DNA of 64,000 bases from Polyangia bacterium (GTDB taxonomy: Bacteria; Myxococcota_A; Polyangia; Fen-1088): NCBI GenBank assembly GCA_035578045.1, contig DATJWP010000207.1, forward strand, positions 84,745-148,744, read 5' to 3'. Below, piece by piece: positions 57,811 to 64,000 of the stretch. Numbering within the stretch: the stretch's first letter is position 1; the number at the start of each line of letters is the position of its first letter. The notes beneath the pieces are model-generated. The model was not told the origin of the DNA. It made no database searches and saw only the letters and a list, made by a program, of their open reading frames with translations. The translations under genes and the position numbers were made by a program.

Positions 57811-58656
57811 GTGGGACTGTTCGAGGCGACGATGAAGGCTCCCCTGCAACGGCTGACGCCGCTGCGGGACGACCCGGCCACAGGCTGGCTCAGCGCCAGC
57901 GAGAAACTGAGCGTGAACGCCCTCGGCTGGGTCGTCTGGGCCGCCTACTCACTCTCGATGTCCTTCCTTTACATGTTCGTGCACGTCCTGGTGTTCCATT
58001 TCTCGCCCCTGGTCGGCAGCAGGCGCCTGTCGGCTCTGATCGTCGGCACGATCTCACTCGCGCTGGCGCCGGCCGTCCGCCGATCGATCCTGCGGATGAA
58101 GGCGGGGCGCACGGCGGACATGCTTCGTCGCCAGGCGGCCAACGTGGCGGCGGACGACTGGGACGCCCTGGCCCGCGAGCCGGAGGGTCAGGTGGCGTCC
58201 GTACTCGGCTGGGTCCGCGGGCGCTTGCACCTGAACACGCCGGTCGGCGGAGAGCCGGTGGTGGGCGTTGCCATCTCCTGTCAGTCGACGTTCCCGGGCG
58301 TGCTGGAGGCCGTGCACGACTTCGAGATCTGCGACGAGGAAGGGCGGACCATCCTGGTGCAGATGAGCGACGCGCGGACCTTCGGGACCCCGAACGTGGC
58401 CCTGCAGGGGCGCGACCTGCAGGTGCTGTTCGGGACGCTGGAGGTGCCGACTGGCGTGACGGCGTCGGCCTACACCGTTCACGCGCTGCGCGAGGGCGAT
58501 CCGGTGATGGTGGTCGGCTTCAAGCGCACCGTCATCGATGCCGAGAGCGCCAGCATGCGCGGCGCAGGGGAGCGCCTGGCCATGGGCTCCGTGTCGCCGT
58601 GCCCGCTGCTGGTCTTCACGATCGATGCCGAACGGCGCAAGGTCGTCGCTTCATGA
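57811..58656 (+). CDS. Two-TM hypothetical protein with beta-rich C-terminal domain
   Basis: Two hydrophobic segments; HDFEICDEEG and LREGDPVMVVG motifs. Confidence 0.6.
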   Translation: MGLFEATMKAPLQRLTPLRDDPATGWLSASEKLSVNALGWVVWAAYSLSMSFLYMFVHVLVFHFSPLVGSRRLSALIVGTISLALAPAVRRSILRMKAGRTADMLRRQAANVAADDWDALAREPEGQVASVLGWVRGRLHLNTPVGGEPVVGVAISCQSTFPGVLEAVHDFEICDEEGRTILVQMSDARTFGTPNVALQGRDLQVLFGTLEVPTGVTASAYTVHALREGDPVMVVGFKRTVIDAESASMRGAGERLAMGSVSPCPLLVFTIDAERRKVVAS

Positions 58657-59268
58657 GCCGGGCTTCCGCTGGCTGCTCGGGCGCGGCTCGCCCCGCGTGA
58701 GGGCCAGCGGGATCTGCCCGGCCCAGCAGGGCCAGTCCAGGTCCTCGGGGTCGTCGAGCGGGTCGCCGCTGCGTCGCTTGGCCGAGGCAGCCTCGATCTG
58801 GACGGCCAGCACCCGGGTGGCGGCCAGCTCCTTGGGGTTGGGGGCCCGGATGCTGTCCCACCGGCCGGGATGCAGATGCTCGATCAGCGCCGCCAGGGCC
58901 GCGGTCTTGTCGGCCGGATCGGTCAGCTCGCGGGCGGCGCCGAACAGCACCACCGAGCGGTAGTTCACCGAGTGGTGGAAGGCCGACCGCGCCAGCACCA
59001 GCCCGTCCAGCAGCGTCACGCCGATACAGACCGAAGGCGCGGCGGCGCCGGCGGCCAGCAGCCGGCTGGCCTGCGCGCCGTGCAGGACGATCTCGTCACC
59101 GCGGCGGACATAGGCCATCGGGATCACGACCGGCTGGCCCTCGGCGACGATCCCCACCGAGCAGACCAGCCCCTCGTCCAGGATCGGATCGATCACGGCG
59201 CGGTCGTAGGAGCCGCGCTGGGGGAGGCGGCGAATTCGGTGGACGGGCCATTCCGGCGAGTTGGGCAT
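58651..59268 (-). CDS. Pyridoxamine 5'-phosphate oxidase-like flavin-binding protein
   Basis: RGSYDR, PVVIP, LHG, TLLDGLVLARSAFHHSVNYRSVV, WAG.IPL; divergent from the MocR gene. Confidence 0.92.
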   Translation of the reverse strand: MPNSPEWPVHRIRRLPQRGSYDRAVIDPILDEGLVCSVGIVAEGQPVVIPMAYVRRGDEIVLHGAQASRLLAAGAAAPSVCIGVTLLDGLVLARSAFHHSVNYRSVVLFGAARELTDPADKTAALAALIEHLHPGRWDSIRAPNPKELAATRVLAVQIEAASAKRRSGDPLDDPEDLDWPCWAGQIPLALTRGEPRPSSQRKPGS

Positions 59269-59320
59269 GCCCAGACTCTGCGCCAGCCCCGGATGGGTCG
59301 AAACGACCGGTTTTGATAAT

Positions 59321-59349
59321 CTGGACCGACCACCTTGCGAGCCTGGACC
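59321..59349. promoter_or_regulatory. Candidate MocR operator (direct repeat CTGGACC, 22-bp period)
   Basis: CTGGACC at 59321-59327 and 59343-59349, next to a GATAAT hexamer at 59315-59320. Confidence 0.4.
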
Positions 59350-60852
59350 TTCCCCGTGGCGCTGGACCCCGACGACCGCCTGCCGCTCTTCGTCCAGATC
59401 GAGCGCGCCATCACCGGCGACGTCCGGCGCGGGCGGCTGCGTCCGGGCGATCAGCTCCCCGGCACGCGCACGCTGGCCGGCGAGCTGGGTGTTCACCGCA
59501 GCACGGTGGTCGCCGCCTACGGCGAGCTGATCGCGCAAGGGTGGGTGGCCGCGCGGCGTGGCGGCGGCACGGTGGTGGCCGCGTCGCCGCCCGAGCCGCG
59601 GCCGCGACGCTTCGCCAGCGCTCGGGCGCCCGGGGGCCTGCCTGCGCGCCCCGGGTTCGACGTGCAGCCGATGGAGCTGCCGCCCACACCGGTCGCGCCG
59701 GCGGACGCGCTGGCGTTGTGGGGCGGCGTTCCCGACCTGCGGCTGGTCCCGGCCGCGGCCCTGGGCCGGGCCTGGAGGCGGGCGGTGCGCGGCGGGCGCG
59801 CGCTGCTCGGCTACGCCGCGGACGGGCGCGGCGACCCCCGCCTGCGGGCGGCCCTGGCGGGGCTCCTGTCGGCGGCGCGCGGGCTGGCGGTCCAGGCGGA
59901 CGACCTGCTGGTGGTGCGCGGGAGCCAGATGTCGCTGCAGCTGGTGGCGCGATCGCTGGTCCAGCCGGGCGAGGTGGCGGTCGTCGAGGCCCCCGGGTAC
60001 GCGCCGGCGCGGCTGGCCTTCGCGCGCGCGGGCGCCCGGGTGGTTCCCATCGCCGTCGATCGAGAGGGCGTCCGCGTCGAGGCGATCGAGGCCCTGGCGG
60101 CCCGCGAGCCCGTGCGGCTGGTCTACGTCACGCCCCATCACCAGTATCCGACCACGGTGACCCTCTCGCCTTCGCGGCGGCTGGCGCTGCTGGACCTGGC
60201 GGCCCGCCGCCGGATCGCCGTCGTCGAGGATGACTACGACCACGAGTTTCACTTCGACGGCCGCCCACTGCTGCCGCTGGCCAGCGCGGATCCGGCCGGC
60301 GTGGTGATCTACGTGGGCAGCCTGGCCAAGGTGCTGGCCCCTGGGTTGCGCCTGGGGTACTTGGTGGCGCCGCGCGCCCTGCTGGATCGGATGGCCGCCG
60401 AGCGGGTGCTGCTGGATCGGCAGGGCGAGCTGGTGCTGGAACGGGCCGTCGCCGAGCTGATCGAGGACGGCGAGCTCCAGCGCCACGTCCGCCGGCTGCG
60501 ACGCATCTACCACCGCCGGCGCGACGTGCTCTGCGACCTGGTCGCCTCGCGTCTCGAGGGTCGGCTGGCGTTCCGCAAGCCGGCGGGCGGGATGGCGCTC
60601 TGGAGCAGGGCCGCGTCCGGCATCGACGTCGAGGCCTGGGCCGAGCGGGCGCTGCGGGCGGGGCTGCTGTTCCAGACGGGCCGGACGTTCGATTTCCATG
60701 GGCGCGCGACGCCGTATCTGCGACTGGGCTTCGCGATCGCCGACGAGGGCGAGCTGGCCCGCGCGGTCGACATCCTGGTCAAAACCGCCCCTCGCCGCGG
60801 TGGCTCGACGAGGGCGGGGCGCCCGCGCTATGCCTTGGGCTCCCGCTCATGA
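59335..60852 (+). CDS. MocR/GabR-family PLP-dependent GntR regulator
   Basis: [25 protein letters not shown]; [10 protein letters not shown]; EDDYDHEF; [14 protein letters not shown]. Confidence 0.94.
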   Translation: MRAWTFPVALDPDDRLPLFVQIERAITGDVRRGRLRPGDQLPGTRTLAGELGVHRSTVVAAYGELIAQGWVAARRGGGTVVAASPPEPRPRRFASARAPGGLPARPGFDVQPMELPPTPVAPADALALWGGVPDLRLVPAAALGRAWRRAVRGGRALLGYAADGRGDPRLRAALAGLLSAARGLAVQADDLLVVRGSQMSLQLVARSLVQPGEVAVVEAPGYAPARLAFARAGARVVPIAVDREGVRVEAIEALAAREPVRLVYVTPHHQYPTTVTLSPSRRLALLDLAARRRIAVVEDDYDHEFHFDGRPLLPLASADPAGVVIYVGSLAKVLAPGLRLGYLVAPRALLDRMAAERVLLDRQGELVLERAVAELIEDGELQRHVRRLRRIYHRRRDVLCDLVASRLEGRLAFRKPAGGMALWSRAASGIDVEAWAERALRAGLLFQTGRTFDFHGRATPYLRLGFAIADEGELARAVDILVKTAPRRGGSTRAGRPRYALGSRS

Positions 60853-61805
60853 GCGCCCCCATCCTGAAGATCTCCGGCCTGACCAAGAGCTATGCGTCGG
60901 GGTTCGTGGCGCTCAAGGGGGTCGATCTGGAGATCGCCAAGGGCGAGATCTTCGCGCTGCTGGGGCCGAACGGCGCCGGGAAGACCACGCTGATCAGCGT
61001 GGTGTGCGGCATCGTCACGCCGACCAGCGGCACGGTGGTGGCCGCCGGCCACGACATCGTGCGCGACTATCGCAGCGCGCGCTTCCGGATTGGCCTGGTG
61101 CCGCAAGAGCTGACCACCGACGCGTTCGAGAGCGTCTGGGCCACGGTGAGCTTCAGCCGCGGTCTGTTCCGGCGGTCGCCCAACCCGGCCTACGTCGAGA
61201 AGGTGCTGCGCGAGCTGTCGCTGTGGGACAAGCGCAAGAGCCGGATCATGACGCTGTCGGGGGGGATGAAGCGGCGGGTGATGATCGCCAAGGCGCTGGC
61301 CCACGAGCCGGAGATCCTGTTCCTGGACGAACCGACCGCGGGCGTGGACGTCGAGCTGCGGCGCGACATGTGGGCGCTGGTCCGGCGCCTGCGCGACGAG
61401 GGGGTCACCATCATTCTCACCACCCACTACATCGACGAGGCCGAGGAGATGGCGGACCGGATCGGCATCATCAACAAAGGGGAGCTGATCCTGGTCGAGG
61501 ACAAAGCCACGCTGATGCAGAAGCTGGGCAAGCGGCGGTTGACCCTGAACCTGCAGGAGCCGATCGCCCAGCTCCCAGGGGCGCTGGCCGGGTGGCCGCT
61601 GGCCCTGAAGGCGGGCGGCCACCAGCTGGAGTACACCTTCGATGCGCACGACGCGGCCGGCGCCCACCCGCGCGACATTCCCTCGCTGCTGCGGCGGCTG
61701 GGCGAGCTGGGGGTGGGGTTCAAGGACCTGCACACCAGCCAGAGCTCGCTGGAGGAGATCTTCGTGAGCCTGGTGAGCGGCGGCGCGCGCGAGGTCGGCA
61801 CGTGA
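60849..61805 (+). CDS. ABC exporter ATP-binding protein (YadG-like)
   Basis: [30 protein letters not shown]. Confidence 0.95.
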   Translation: MSAPILKISGLTKSYASGFVALKGVDLEIAKGEIFALLGPNGAGKTTLISVVCGIVTPTSGTVVAAGHDIVRDYRSARFRIGLVPQELTTDAFESVWATVSFSRGLFRRSPNPAYVEKVLRELSLWDKRKSRIMTLSGGMKRRVMIAKALAHEPEILFLDEPTAGVDVELRRDMWALVRRLRDEGVTIILTTHYIDEAEEMADRIGIINKGELILVEDKATLMQKLGKRRLTLNLQEPIAQLPGALAGWPLALKAGGHQLEYTFDAHDAAGAHPRDIPSLLRRLGELGVGFKDLHTSQSSLEEIFVSLVSGGAREVGT

Positions 61806-62578
61806 GCGACGTCGGCTTCAACCGCACCGGCGTCTGGGCCCTCTACCGCTTCGAGATGGCCCGCTTCGTCCGCACCGTCGTCCAGAGCGTCGTCACGCCC
61901 GTGATCACGACGTCGCTCTACTTCGTGGTCTTCGGCTCCGCCATCGGCTCGCGCATGTCCCGGGTGGGCGGCGTCCCCTACGGCGCCTTCATCGTCCCCG
62001 GCCTGATCATGCTGTCGATCCTGACGTCCAGCATCTCGAACGCGTCGTTCGGCATCTACTTCCCCAAGTTCACGGGGACGATCTACGAGATCCTGTCCGC
62101 GCCCATCTCGTTCATCGAGATGCTCATCGGCTACGTCGGGGCCGCCGCCACGAAGTCGGTGATCCTGGGGCTCATCATCCTGGCGACGTCGGCGGCCTTC
62201 GTGCCGGTGCAGGTCCACCACCCGGCCTGGATGATCGCCTTCCTGCTCCTGACCGCGGTGACCTTCAGCGTGTTCGGGTTCGTCATCGGCGTCTGGGCCA
62301 ACGGCTTCGAGCAGCTCCAGTTGATCCCGATGCTGATCGTCACGCCGCTCACCTTCCTGGGGGGCGCCTTCTACTCGATCGACATGCTGCCCCCGCGCTG
62401 GCGGACCGTCGCGCTGTTCAACCCGGTCGTCTACCTGGTCAGCGGTTTCCGCTGGAGCTTCTACGACACGGCCGACGTGGCGGTCGGCATCAGCCTGGGC
62501 ATGACCTCGCTGTTCCTGGTGGTGCTGCTGGCCATCCTCTACTGGATCTTCAAGACCGGCTACCGGCTGAAGAAGTAG
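61802..62578 (+). CDS. ABC-2 type permease (YadH-like)
   Basis: GTGA overlap; [30 protein letters not shown]. Confidence 0.93.
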   Translation: MSDVGFNRTGVWALYRFEMARFVRTVVQSVVTPVITTSLYFVVFGSAIGSRMSRVGGVPYGAFIVPGLIMLSILTSSISNASFGIYFPKFTGTIYEILSAPISFIEMLIGYVGAAATKSVILGLIILATSAAFVPVQVHHPAWMIAFLLLTAVTFSVFGFVIGVWANGFEQLQLIPMLIVTPLTFLGGAFYSIDMLPPRWRTVALFNPVVYLVSGFRWSFYDTADVAVGISLGMTSLFLVVLLAILYWIFKTGYRLKK

Positions 62579-64000
62579 CCGCGGGCGTCGACCAGACGGC
62601 CCGCAGGCGAGACGCGACGTCGATGCGGGGGCGCGCGGGTGAGGCGCCCGGGCCGGCCTCGTCCGGGCGCTGCGGGACGACCCGCTCGAACCGGTCCAGG
62701 ATCGCGTCCGGGATGAACCGGGTGCGCGGCGTGAACACGTGGCGGTCGCCCAGCCGGTGCTGCTGCCGCACGTAGAAGCGCAGCGGGTGGACGATCGACA
62801 GCATGGCCTTGGCGCGGGTCATCGCGACGTAGAGCAGGCGCCGCTCTTCTTCGATCTCGGCCGGATGACCGGTGGCCAGGTCCGACGGGATGCAACCATC
62901 GGCCGCGTTCAGGACGAACACCGTGTCCCACTCTTGCCCCTTGGCCGAGTGGATGGTGGACAGGATCAGGTAGTCCTCGTCCAGGTGCGGGGGACCGGCC
63001 TGGGCGCCCGTCGCGGCCGGCGGATCGAGCGTGAGGTCGGAGAGAAACCGCTCCCGGCAGGGCGCGGCGGCCGCGAGCTGCTCCAGCTGCTCCAGGTCGC
63101 CCAGCCGGGCGCGCGCGTCGTCGTACAGGCGCGCCAGGTGCGGCTCGTACCAGCGCCGGACCAGCCCCAGCTGCGCCGCCCAGGGCGAGGCCGGATCGCA
63201 GAGCCGCCGGTAAAGCTCGACCAAGCCGGGCCACTCGGGCCGCGCGGCGGCGGGCGGATCGAAGGCCGCCACGGACGCGGGCAGCGGGCGGCCGCCGCCG
63301 GCCACGTGCCGCGCCAGGGCGTCCGCGAAGCGCGGGCCCATCCCGGGGAGGAGCTGCGCCACCCGGAACGCCGCCAGGCCGTCGCGCGGGTTCTCGGCCC
63401 AGCGCAGGCAGGCCAGCGTGTCCTTGACGTGGGCCGCCTCCAGGAAGCGGAGCCCGCCGAACTTCACGAAGGGGATGTTGCGACGCCCCAGCTCGACCTC
63501 CAGCGCGTCGCTGTGGTGGCTGCTGCGGAACAGGACCGCCTGCTGGCGCAACGGCACCCCAGCCTCGCGCCGCTCGAGGATGCGCCGGACCACGTGGTCG
63601 ACCTGCGCCCCCTCGTCGGGCACCGTCACCAGCTCCGGTCGCTGGCCACCCGGCCGCGTGGCCAGCAGGCGCTTGTCGTAGCGCTCGGCCGCCAGCGCGA
63701 TCACCGCGTTGGCGGCATCCAGGATCGGCTGTTGCGAGCGATAGTTCTCCTCGAGCAGCACGATCCGCGCGGGCGGCGTGTACTGGGCGGGGAAGGCCAG
63801 GATGTTGCCGGCCCGGGCCGCGCGGAAGCTGTAGATGGCCTGGGCGTCGTCGCCCACCACGGTGACCCCGCGCCCTTCCGGGCGCAGCAGCCGGAGGATC
63901 TCCGCCTGCAGCGTGTTGGTGTCCTGGTACTCGTCGACCAGCGCGTGATCGAACAGCGCGCTGACCCGCCGGGCAAAGGATGGGTCGCCCATCAGGTGGT
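62550..64000 (-). CDS. UvrD/Rep-family ATP-dependent helicase, 5'-partial
   Basis: [52 protein letters not shown]. Confidence 0.95.
   Translation of the reverse strand, partial: HLMGDPSFARRVSALFDHALVDEYQDTNTLQAEILRLLRPEGRGVTVVGDDAQAIYSFRAARAGNILAFPAQYTPPARIVLLEENYRSQQPILDAANAVIALAAERYDKRLLATRPGGQRPELVTVPDEGAQVDHVVRRILERREAGVPLRQQAVLFRSSHHSDALEVELGRRNIPFVKFGGLRFLEAAHVKDTLACLRWAENPRDGLAAFRVAQLLPGMGPRFADALARHVAGGGRPLPASVAAFDPPAAARPEWPGLVELYRRLCDPASPWAAQLGLVRRWYEPHLARLYDDARARLGDLEQLEQLAAAAPCRERFLSDLTLDPPAATGAQAGPPHLDEDYLILSTIHSAKGQEWDTVFVLNAADGCIPSDLATGHPAEIEEERRLLYVAMTRAKAMLSIVHPLRFYVRQQHRLGDRHVFTPRTRFIPDAILDRFERVVPQRPDEAGPGASPARPRIDVASRLRAVWSTPAATSSAGSRS

Overview
Very GC-rich (about 70% by eye), densely coding window with a myxobacterial (Myxococcota/Polyangia-like) character: Gly-rich-linker lipoproteins, ECF sigma/anti-sigma cassettes and gliding-type envelope domains. 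All calls come from reading motifs by eye; no database search was run. Contents: (1) 0.9-13.1 kb, two ECF-sigma/anti-sigma/outer-membrane-barrel cassettes linked to secreted lipoproteins, a GH128-like glucanase and a pectin methylesterase, plus a collapsed AbrB-VapC toxin-antitoxin relic and REP-like palindromes. (2) 13.2-25.6 kb, the standout: an 11-gene, tightly coupled minus-strand operon. It encodes a flagellar-type MotA/MotB stator and a membrane-anchored protein with FliG middle/C-terminal-like domains, but no flagellar export, rod, hook or filament genes. Around them are three outer-membrane beta-barrels (one GltA/B/H-like), TPR lipoproteins, degenerate VWA-like lipoproteins and an AgmX/TonB-C-like protein, making it a candidate non-flagellar rotary trans-envelope machine. 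(3) 25.8-30.8 kb, a STAND nucleotide cyclase, a Crp regulator, a CRP-box-like site and an ECF sigma. (4) 30.8-43.5 kb, proteases, an orphan histidine kinase, S1/P1 nuclease, PAP2, an FG-GAP protein, SDR, sirtuin and a luciferase-like oxidoreductase. (5) 43.5-55.4 kb, a ulosonic (sialic-acid-like) sugar pathway joined to a lipid desaturase/hydroxylase, a flippase-like protein, an MMPL transporter and a GT-B protein, a candidate glycolipid pathway. (6) 55.5-64 kb, ordinary genes (OmpA, cytochrome c, HPF-CSD, PNPOx/MocR, ABC exporter, UvrD-like helicase). No rRNA, tRNA, CRISPR array or intact transposase was recognised.
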